Source: Squalus acanthias
Taxonomy: Eukaryota
Reading direction: 5' to 3'
Assembly (NCBI GenBank): GCA_030390025.1
Contig: CM059448.1
Location: 12,586,001-12,650,000 of the forward strand
Length of the DNA stretch: 64,000 nt
Position 1 is the stretch's first letter; each line of letters begins with the position of its first letter. The notes below the pieces were generated by a model that was given only the letters and a program-made list of their open reading frames with translations, was not told where the DNA came from and did no database searches. Both the position numbers and the translations under genes were made by a program. Positions 13,538 to 23,780 of the stretch are shown here, in pieces.

Positions 13538-15264
13538 CAATTGCAATGACAAAGGCACAATTTCCCCCCACCGCCCCCACCCCTCGTAGCATAAACGTGG
13601 CGCAAAACTGTTACGAGCACGTTGCTGCTGCTGCTGCTTCAGCCCACTCCCCAGCCCATAAAGGTGAAACGTAACTTTGTCATGCTAGTGTTCATAAAGC
13701 ATCAACAATTCCCACCGGACACTTATTTGCAGGGTCTCATTTGCAGGGGATGCGGAGACTGTCTGGCACACCACCTCGTGACATCGGCAGAGCCTCTGGA
13801 GCAGGTTGCCCTCTCGGCTGGAGATGAAACACAACAGGAGGAGAGCCCAAGAAACGGGAAGGGGAGAAAATACATTTTTGGAGGTGGGGAGGGGAGGAGG
13901 AGGAGCAGGAGAGCGAGTTGGGGGAGTCTTGCCCTGTAAGAGGAACAGAAGTTATGGGGAGCGCACAATTTTATTTTGGGTTAAACTATACCATTTATAC
14001 AAATAAGAATCTTGGAGTGAAAGAATATAAAATGTTGTACATTGACAGCCAATTACTGTGTTGCCAGAAGCTGAGGAGCAGCAGCCTCACCCCCTACAAA
14101 CCCTTCCTCTGGGCCATTCAGTACAGCGTCATTCCAGCCCAGTTGGAAGCTTTCATTGATGTCTTTCATCTCTGAGCTGTTGGCACTCTCAGAGCTGTTG
14201 GGCGTCCTGTGTTCCTCCTTGTTTTCTCTGCAGCAAACTGCTGGCGTGAAACCCCCCTCCCTTCCTCGAGTGCACAGCGCCCCTCCCCACCCCGCCTCGG
14301 GGAGGCTGTTGCTTCATAGTACAGTAGTTGAAATTAAAAAAGAGCATGTCCCATCGTGGCTGTCGTTTGAGGGTGAGCTCAGGGCAATTTGCTGCAGCCT
14401 GTGCGGTCACACTGGGAAATGCTGTCTTGTTCCCAGCAGCAGCTGGAGAGCATCAAAAATTAAACCTCCCCTTTTCGGTCGCGTGTTAAATGAATACAAA
14501 AAATATATATAAATTGGCGCTGCAAGATTTGTAATGGGATTATTCTGAGTTACATTCTCGCTGTCAAACCTGTGTTCCCCTTCCTCCCCCAATCCACTGC
14601 AGACTCTTGAGATGAGAATTAAATGGGACTGTTCATGAATAACTTACCACTATCATATTTTCCTCTGCTTTGTGCATGTACTTTGTCTAACTTTAATTGT
14701 TAATGAAATGAGATTGAGAATCTTGGTTAGGAGGCATTATCTATGCTGCAGCATATATATTGCATCTTGCGTAATTGTACTTGCATACGAACATTAATTT
14801 TATGGAGATAGTTTCTGACTGAATAGTACAATTATACAAAAGCTTTCAAATCCCAGAGTGATCTTTCAATTCATGTAACTTGAATTATTTATCTTTTTTA
14901 TTTTCCATTTTGTTGGACAACCTCTTCATTTCTGCTTCATTTTGAAGCCATTTCAAGGCCTCCTCCATGTTGTACAGTGGTAGCTGAGGCCAGGCCAATG
15001 ATTGAGCCATCCCCCTCAGCCACCTGACTCCTGTCAGATTGCGCCAACTGAGTCTGACTTTCCGCAGACGCTGATTCACTGGTGATTTTAGCGTTGAATG
15101 CCGATTTAAAAAAAGAAACAAACCCTGTGAGAGACCCATCAATATACTTGCGAATTTTTGAGTGCCAAGGCTGGATCCTTAAAACATTTTTTAAACTAGT
15201 TGCTCTAATTCTGCTGGTGAATTAGCTTGGGTTCCAAGAACCACCTCCAAGTCACACACCATCC

Positions 15265-15477
15265 TGAGAAGTCGTACAACACCAGGTTATAGTCCAACAG
15301 TTTTATTTGAAATCACGAGCTTTCGGAGCGCTGCTCCTTCGTCAGGTAAAGTGGACGAAGTCACCTGACGAAGGAGCAGCTCGTGATTTCAAATAAAGCT
15401 GTTGGACTATAACCTGGTGTTGTGCGACTTCTCATTTTTGTCCACCCCAGTCCAACACCGGCATCTCCGCATCACAT
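15265..15477. mobile_element. Penelope-derived inverted pLTR pair (family A) with 14-bp TSD
   Basis: gagaagtcg...cgtcaggt is mirrored by acctgacg...cgacttctc, followed by a ~35-nt tail gtccaccccagtccaacaccggcatctccgcatca. TSD ACACACCATCCTGA (15254-15267) / ACACACCATTCTGA (15478-15491). Confidence 0.85.
15313..15349 (-). ncRNA. Minimal type-I hammerhead ribozyme motif (PLE family A)
   Basis: Minus strand reads UUAC-CUGACGA-A-GGAGC agc GCUCC-GAA-AGCU-C-GUGA: core boxes, stem II, palindromic AGCU stem III and closing stem I. Confidence 0.65.
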
Positions 15478-17035
15478 ACACACCATTCTGACTTAGAAAT
15501 ATATCGCCGATCCTTCATCGCCGCTGGGTCAAAATCCTGGAACTCCCTCCCTAACAGCACTGTGGGAGTACCTTCACCACACGGACTGCAGCGGTTCAAG
15601 AAGGTGGCTCACCACCACCTTCTCGAGGGCAATTAGGGATGGGCAATAAATGCTGGCCTTGCCAGCGACGCCCACATCCCATAAAACAAATTAAAAAAAA
15701 AAAAAATTCAACATCTTGTCCACTGGCTTCTGCATTGATGCTGCTTATCCAGGAAGCATCTGCTCGCTGGCTCCTGTACTTGCGCTGTTTATCCTGGCAG
15801 CAGACTCGCACCAGTTTTTTTTTTTTGCGTGTCTGAGTCTGCCAACAGAATAAGGAAGCTGGAATTAGTAAGGTAAATGCTGGGAGCCGTGGACACGGGC
15901 GCTGCAATCCACAGTAAAAGCCGCTTTCTTCTACTTAACCAGATGACCAAATAGTAACCTCATCAAGCTCTTCTGTCGGCCATGTGCCGCCTTGCAAGAG
16001 TGTTGAGCCCTTTTTAATGCTGCGTCGGTGTTTGCTGATCACTGCCGGATCAACACTGGGTCGCTGGGCTTTTCACGCCCTGCTCTCACAAATGACTGTG
16101 TGAAGCAGACACTTAGACTGACACTTGCTGACCAAATGCTCTGCAAGTAACGGCTGGGAATAACACTGGGTCTGCAAACTTGATGGCTTCGTTCACCCGT
16201 CATAGGGTGCAAATCTGCCAGTTTTCCCACCTTCAGCGGTGCCGTTAACCCTTTTGTTTTAAACTCCCTTTTGCGAAAGACACAAGTAGTAAATTAGTAG
16301 TGACTTTTTTTTAGATGGTAGTTGGTGATTTTCACTTTGACCAAGCGCCACAAATGTTCTGCCTGATGATTGAAGTTTTTTTTTTACTGTTGTGTCCGCT
16401 CTGTACAATGCAGTAATAATAACACCATTTGGTCTCTTCCTGACACTAAAGATCTGCAATGGTAATTATGGCAAATGGGTCTTTAGTAGAGGGGGATCGG
16501 GTTGCTCATTAGGTTCAGCACTGGACTTTGGGCAACGCTCATTGGGTTTGAATCCCGGTAGGATGCATTAATCCTTTCATCTTGAGGTGGTGGGTAAAAT
16601 AAGTCTGAAAACACGGGGAGGAAACTGGGTCTGAACAATGCTTACTACACTGGTGGCTTCTCCTGGCTGCTCAACAACGGAAGAAGGACACCAGCATTGC
16701 CCCCAATAACATGTCATGGAAATTGACCTCTAGGTGTCTCTTCTCTCCCTCATCTCTTTCTCGTCTCTCCCAATCAAGTAGCCCATGAACTTGTGAAGTA
16801 GAGGGCATAATAATTCCTGAACTTCAAACTGTAGACATACCCCTCCTCTCTCAAATACATTTCAGTTTTGGCCTCTTATCTGTGTGTTCCCACTGGAAAA
16901 GACATGAACAGAAATTTTAACGGTGTGGAAATGTTCTACCTGTTCACCCTGACAAATAGTCTCATCTCCCCCCCCCCCCCCCCCCCCCACCCTCTTCCCT
17001 TTGCGGGGGGGTAATCAGTCCAGTACAAGCCACAT

Positions 17036-17460
17036 AGAACTTGCATTTGTATAGCATCTTTCATACCCCAAAACGATTTATAGCTATTGAATTACTTTTC
17101 AGGTTTAGTCACTTATTTTTAGACAAACGCAGCAGCCAATTTGCCCGTCTGAAGGTCCCGCAAACGTAAATGAGACGAACGGCCGGTTAATTTTGGTGGT
17201 AGTCGGAGGTATAAATGTTGGCCAGCACTCTGGGAAAACTCCTGATCTTTGAATTGTACTCTGGGATCTTTTACGCCCATTGGGGAGGTTAGATGGGGCC
17301 TCGGTTCAACACCTCGTCCGAAAGAAGGCACCTTCAAAAATGTAGCATCCCCCCCCCCTCCCCCCAGTACTGAATGAAGTGCCAGCCTAGATTATGTCTT
17401 CAAGTCCTGGAGTGGAACTCGAAATCATGACCTTCTGACGAGAGTGCTATCACTGAGCCA
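17036..17460 (-). mobile_element. Diverged DeuSINE copy
   Basis: Colinear with the 13071-13537 copy but with many substitutions. Confidence 0.8.
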
Positions 17461-17853
17461 AACCCATAGACTTGCAAACTCGGGCTGCTCGTTTTATGGT
17501 CAATGCTGTACATTATTGACCAGTATCGAGATTTATGGCTGGGTGGTTGTGGCACTTTATTCCTTTGCTGTGATCGATCTCGACAGAGAGTGCATGTAGC
17601 ACAGTGGGCGTGCCAGTGCATAGGGCAAAATAAAATAAGGATGATCCTGGGGGGGTTTTTTTTTCCACGCTCCTCCCTCTTACCTCGTGCTATTCACAAG
17701 GGACCTTGCCAGTGTAACACTCAAAGCTAACTGCAGAGTTGACTGAGCAAGTTGGTGACGCAGCCCCTGACTCTTAGCTCCCAGTGCACGCTGACCTTCA
17801 CTGAAATTTCATGCAGATTTAGCATTTTCAAAGCTGTTCTGATTTGTACATAT

Positions 17854-17861
17854 TCTCTCTC

Positions 17862-17893
<32 letters not shown>
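17854..17893 (+). repeat. (CT)n microsatellite
   Basis: Read directly, one interruption. Confidence 0.95.
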
Positions 17894-17894
<1 letters not shown>

Positions 17895-19016
17895 TGCGTT
17901 AACATGAATGCTGCCAACATCAGACATCTGATCCTTCTCGAGCTGGCTGCACTCCATGTAAGAAACTGACTGGCACTGCGGACCCAACGATCTGCTGTTA
18001 AGCCCACCCATTCCTGCAAAGTAAATGCAGGAAGACCATCACTCTCTTCCACCCACCCTGCCCCAGACATGTGCTGTCTGTTGAGCAACTGGATCTGAAC
18101 ACCATGCAGTGGAGCCCAACAGCACTGTAGAGATAGACACTCCGTGTCAAGTCATGGGTGATGGTTGCGGGGAGAGGGGGGGGGGACAGAGAGTGATGCA
18201 AAGATGATGTTCCCTGGGGACCATTTCAGCCGGTAAGCGTAGAAGTGCTTTCTAATTCCGCAGTTTTAAAATAAGAAATTTGGCGCAGGGCCCAGTGAAA
18301 CTCCTGGCAATCCCGATATTCCAGAATCTGGGAGTAACCATAGTCTCTTTATTTTCTCTTTACCAATTTCAGCTGGTACACTGAGCACTCCTTAGAATAG
18401 AATTGGTCCTTGCTTTTAAGGTGTAGATGACTTCACTAAAGAGCTGTAACTAGGCTAATTACCAAGGCTGTTCTTCTGGAGACTTAATATTCAATTAAAA
18501 TCAACTAATTTGCCCTGATCTTTTTTGGGAATGTGATCCAATTAGGAGAATTGGTGCCGTTCTTTTTTTTTAATGATGTGCCTGAGCTAAGTTTGGATCA
18601 GACTGTGGTAAGTTCGTGCTGGCGGCTTTCCCAACACTTCTTGGCCCAGCATTGCAACCTGGTGCCTAATCTTGTTGCTCCTTTCCTGCTCGTGCACAGC
18701 CTGACTTTTTATAAAGTTTCCTGCTTGCGCCAGCTTCGGAGCTGGATTTAAAAAGTTGAAAGAACTTGCATTCGTATAGCGCCTTTCACAACCTCGGGAC
18801 GTCCCAAAGCGCTTTCCAGCCAATGCAGTACTTTTTGTGAAGCGCAGTCGCTCTTCCTGCAGTGTTGGAATCAGGGTGGGGGTTAAGAATAGGTATTGGC
18901 TTGATGTTCCAACATTCGCTTTGCTGCTAATGAAAATTTATTAAAACCCTGTTAATAACTCAATTTTCCACACAAGACACCAATAAATGGCGAGGGAGTG
19001 GATTTATAGATTTTTA

Positions 19017-19236
19017 AACAAAAAGAAAATACTGCGGATGCTGGAAATCTATAATAAAAACAGCAAATGCTGGAGATACTCAGCAGGTCAGGCAGCATCT
19101 GTGAAGAGAGAAACAGAGTTAACGTTTCAGGTCTGACGAAAGGTCATCGACCTGAAACGTTAACTCTCTTTCTCTCTCCACAGATGCTGCCTGACCTGCT
19201 GAGTATCTTCCAGCATTTTCTGTTTTTATTATAGAT
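19017..19236. mobile_element. Penelope-derived inverted repeat pair (family B) with hammerhead core at the centre
   Basis: ~90-bp arms (aaatctataataaaaacagc...gttaacgtttcaggtc / gacctgaaacgttaac...gtttttattatagattt). Flanked by ttatagatttttaaa / ttatagattttaaa. Same family as the 3' end at 11054-11151. Confidence 0.85.
19133..19165 (+). ncRNA. Minimal hammerhead core (PLE family B)
   Basis: CUGACGA-A-AGGUC auc GACCU-GAA-ACGU-U-AACU. The 5' strand of stem I is replaced by the inversion junction. Confidence 0.55.
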
Positions 19237-19639
19237 TTTAAAAACCGGGCTAAAATGGGCAGTTTGCAGCCCCGGTCTGACTTTCGCACGGATTGTGCGG
19301 AGGGTTTAGCTCTAATTATCTTCCCACATTTCTCTCATCCCCTTCGTTTGTGTTCCGTTGCATGTACATAGCGCCCCTGTGAAGCGCCTTGGGATGTTTT
19401 ACTACGGTAAAGGTGCTATTTAAATGCAAGTTGTTGGGATGGATTCCACCGCACTGGAAGCAATCGAAGAACGGAGGTGCCAGATTTTTCTTGCCCGGAA
19501 TCGGGATTTTTTTTTTCTCCTCAAATTGTGGCGTTCTCTTGGTTTTTCTTTGCTCAAGCGCACAAATGCATCCAAGACGTTCCAGTTGAGTTCTGTTCGG
19601 TTACAAGAGATCCTGAAGCACCTCTTGCCCCAGCCTCAT

Positions 19640-20006
19640 TAGTGTTTAAAATGTTAGAAGGATTCGATAGGGTAGATACAGAGAAACTGTTTCCATTGAT
19701 GGGGCAAGGAAGAACGAGGGAACATAATGCTAAAATTAGAGCTAGGCCGTTTAGCAGGGAAATCAGGAAGTGCTTTTTTCTTTTACACGCAGGGTTAGCA
19801 GAAATCTGGAATGCTCTCCCAAAAGGCCCTGGATGCTGGGTCAATTGGAGCTTTCAAGACTGAGATTGACAGATTTTTATTGGGTAAGGGTATCGAGAGA
19901 CCTGGAGCCAAGGTGGGTAAATGGAGTTGAGGTACAGATCAGCCATGATCTAATTGAATGATTAGAGGCAAGCATGAGGGGCTGAATGGCCTACTCTTGT
20001 TCCTAG
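19640..20006 (+). mobile_element. CR1 LINE 3' fragment
   Basis: Encodes VFKMLEGFDRVDTEKLFP...RTREHNAKI...IWNALP (CR1 RT C-terminus), followed by the 3' UTR gatcagccatgatctaattgaatg...gaatggcctact. Confidence 0.85.
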
Positions 20007-21199
20007 GTCACTCTCGTGTTCCTTTTCGCACAAACTGAAACCTCCGCGCTCACACACCTGTGAAGATCTCCTGTTGCCTGTCCCACGACTGATGTGGTGT
20101 CAATTTGTGCTTGTTAAAATAACAGTTCTGGCTTTTAGAAAAACAGAGGTAACTTTGTGCGTTGCAGAGCCTGTCACGACCAGCACCTGACTGAAAAGTA
20201 AAAGGGATGAGTAAGCCCATTAGTTACTAAGTACAGTAGTTTAGGATTTGGTCTGTTGTCACTTAACCCGTGAAGTGGGGTTAGGTTGCAGGAGGACATG
20301 TAAATGAAACAGATTCCAAGGTTCTGGCACTCTGCCTAATACAGGCAGCTACCACTGAGCTACTTCTGCAAATGTGCGTGAGGATTACACACTGGAGGGA
20401 ATGTACAGAAACGCGCTCTTTTGCAGACATTACAATAGGCAGTAAACGACGAAGAAGAGAACCTTTGTATTCGATTTAGCAGTCAAGATCTAAGCCTCTC
20501 TTACATTGGCGCTATTTTAATCCGGTTTCCAGGAGACCAGTCCCTGTGAGCCAGCTCCCGCAGGTTGCACTGCTAAATCCCGTTCTCTTATCCCAGCTGG
20601 TCACCCAAAGTAGATCTGTCTCAATTTCTTGTGTGTCTAAGATCCGGCTGCCGTAATAAAGGATTTAAGTCGTGAAAGTGCAGGGAGCTGGTGCATCGAT
20701 ACCAGTCTCTCAGAATCCATAATAGAAGAGCTCTGATTTACTCTGTGAAGAGTTTAACAACTCCTCATTTTGTTGCATTTAATTCGGTCATTGCTGCGAC
20801 CCAACATTTACTAACTGGGGAATATTCCCTCTGTACCTGAGTCTTTAAAGAATCTCCTCCCAACAATTACAATCACATTGCTTATGTTCTGTGTATCTGC
20901 TGCTGTGTGTTTTGTGTGCGCGTTTGTACGCACATGCAGTGCTGATAACTAGGTCAAGTGAGTTGGCGTGTTGTGACATCCATAACTAATGCTACACTTG
21001 ATTTGAACACTCGTGGTATGATTTTACTAGCCCAGTTCTGCAATTTTCCACAAAGCGGTAGAAGTACTCTTAACAGCCAAACACTTCCTGGAGTTGCTGA
21101 GGCAGCTCGTGTGATGGGCTGTTTGACTGCAGGAGGTACCGCAGCCTGATCTCTCCCCCAACACTGGCACTTTTCAGCAAAGGTCGCCGGAGAGCAAAA

Positions 21200-21580
21200 A
21201 AGCTGCAACATACCGCAGAAGCAGGAACTCCTGAAACTGAAAAGCTGGAAACACTCAGCAGGTCAGGCAACATCTGTGTAAAGAGAAACAGATAAGATAT
21301 TTTGGATGTGGGCCCTTCATCAAAACTCAAATGTTCCACAGGTGAACAGCATTTTAAAAAGGAACAGTTCAAGGGGAAGTGGTGGGGGGTGGGTGGAAGA
21401 GAATAAAAACCATACACAGGGAAATAAAAAAATATAATGACATGTAATGTGCTTAATGGTGAACGGGGGATGGTTAAATGGCAGAGTTTGATGGTAACGA
21501 TCCAAGAAATAAAAGACATTTACGAGACAAGAATGTGACTGGCTGAAGGGGTGGGGGACAGGCAGGTAGAACGGGAAGCA
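21200..21580 (-). mobile_element. Diverged Penelope-like 3' UTR (family B related)
   Basis: gctggaaacactcagcaggtcaggcaacatctgtg...cccttcatcaaaact matches the family B end, followed by purine-rich UTR sequence. The right boundary is approximate. Confidence 0.6.
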
Positions 21581-22856
21581 TGGGAAAAACCAGAAAAGTG
21601 GCGCAAACTCCAGTGGCCCGGGAGCCTGGTAGAAAACCGGTCGATGCCAAGGATGCAGAGCACTCCGCCAGCACGGGTGTTTCCAGGGTGGCGGTGAAGG
21701 AGCGGCTCAGCGCTTGGGGTGGGCACCTCACCCACCAGTCGGAACACTGGTGCCGAGGGCCCGCAGGTGCCTAGCCCACGCTTGTCCATTCATCGTAATG
21801 GCGGTGGCAATTCCTGCCTGCCTGTGGTTTCCTGGATGCTTCACCTGGGAGTGTGAGTCACCCGTTGCATAACTGTGTCTGGAAACGGCCCAAAAAACTC
21901 CTGCTGGTAATGAAAGCAGCTGTGTAGCTTAATGAGGTGGAGCACAAAGTCAGCTTCTGGGTCAGACACCAAGAATGGTTTCTGTGACCGGGCCTGCTGT
22001 CACTCAAAAGCTGCCATATATAACCTTGATTGACAGCAATTATCCCTTCACAGAATTGCATTTCAGTGCTTGACCTGCAAGTTAACTTCTTGCTCTAGAA
22101 GCTAACCATGGGTACAGCTGAACAACGAAAAGGGGAGCGAATCCACTCGACGGAAAGATAGGACTGTCCGCAGCAGATCCGCACCGACTGTTTTGTAGCC
22201 ATCATCTTTAATATCACGGTTAGAAGCCTGGTCTGTGTAGGTCAGTACAAGGACACCATTCTACAGCTTGGGTCTCCCTGCTTGCTCCTTTTTAGATGTA
22301 ATTCAAAGACAATTTAGACTGGGTGGGGGGGGGCGGTGGGTGGGGAGGGAACACCTTGGTTTTTATTCTGGGCATATTCATCGTGTTTCATCCTGACTTG
22401 CTGTACTGCGTGGTACACATTAGACGGTTTCTATGTTCGCCCTTAATTGGATTGCAACACCTTCAGCTACTTAACCGCAATTCCTCAATGCTCTGATTTG
22501 GTCTGGTGAGCCGGTCGGGATAATGGCCTCCTCCTGGGCCCCCCCCCCCCTCCCATTCACCTTTCCACATTGCTGCATTAACCCCCCTGTCCGTTGTGAC
22601 ATGTTTATACGCAGGCCTCCACCATCGCGCCTTTTGTAATTGTGCTGTTGGGCCACGGCCTGCTCTTGCCATTAATCTTGTGGTTCTTTCTCCTAATGCA
22701 CTATTGCCATCAATCATTTCCTGAAGTTAGCTGTGCGCAGATCCTAGTAGAGGTGGGGGTGGGGGGGGGGTGATACAGCAGACACGAGTGTAGGTTCCGT
22801 ACGGAGGCAGACACTGCTGTCCTGATTCTGTGATCAGGATTGCACCTTGAGTAACA

Positions 22857-23318
22857 AAGAAAGACTTGCATTTATATAGCGCCGTTCACGACCACCGGAC
22901 GTCTCAAAGCACTTTACAGCCAATGAAGTACTTTTGGGAGTGTAGTCACTGTTGTAATGTGGGAAACACGGCAGCCAATTTGCGCACAGTAAGCTCCCAC
23001 AAACAGCAATGTGATAATGGACCAGATAATCTGTTTTTGTTATGTGGATTGAGGGATAAATATTGGCCCAGGACACCGGGGGTAACTCCCCTGCTCTTCG
23101 AAATAGTGCCGTGGGATCTTTTAGATCCACCTGAGAGAAGACTGGGCCTCTGTTTAACGTCTCATCCAAAAGACGGCACCTCCGACAGTGCAGCACTCCC
23201 TCAGCACTGCACAGGAGTGTCAGCCTAGATTTTTGTGCTCAAGTCCCTGGAGTGGGACTTGAACCCACAACCTTCTGACTCAGAGGCGCGTGTGCTACCC
23301 ACTGAGCCACAGCTGACA
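22857..23318 (-). mobile_element. Full-length DeuSINE (SacSINE1-like)
   Basis: Highly similar to 13071-13537. Tail aaagaaagacttgcatttatatagcgcc, head ...cccactgagccacagctgaca. Confidence 0.9.
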
Positions 23319-23485
23319 ACCTAATAGGGCATCAATACCTCAGCAATTCTTGCTGTCAGTTATTCTGATGCTATGTTTTTTTTGATTTAGTAGCAGTTGC
23401 CGAACGGTTTATCAAACTTTAGCTGGTTCCCAGGTACATATTTCCCAACGCAGATTTGGAACAGCGTAAGACCAGTACGAGCCCA

Positions 23486-23780
23486 TGTCAGTTTAGCTCA
23501 GTTGGTAGCACTCTCGCCTTTTGAGTTAGGTGGTTACGGGCTCAAATCCCACTGTGGAATTGAGCACACGATCTATGATGATGCTTCAGTGTAGTACTGA
23601 GGGAGTGCTGCATTGCTGGAGGGGTCCAACATCAAAGTGAGTCTCTCGCTCTTTAATTGCTTTATCTGTGTTTTAATAAGAACGAAGGGGGCCCTGTCTG
23701 CTGCTTCTGGAGGCTCATGTGGATGTGAAAGACCCACGGCACTGCTCGATGAGGAGCAGGGAGTTCTCTTGCTGTCTTGG
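23486..23780 (+). mobile_element. Diverged DeuSINE 5' half containing a templated 47-bp insertion
   Basis: tgtcagtttagctcagttggtagcactctcgcc head, interrupted at 23618-23664 by an inverted copy of 23826-23872. Confidence 0.75.

Larger units (their letters stand above)
15241..15706 (+). mobile_element. LINE 3' end (probably RTE-X), poly-A ended, interrupted by a Penelope hairpin insertion
   Basis: ...aaatcctggaactccctccctaacagc...gggcaattagggatgggcaataaatgctggcc...cccacatcccat followed by an A-rich tail. Interrupted at about 15268-15477. Confidence 0.7.
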
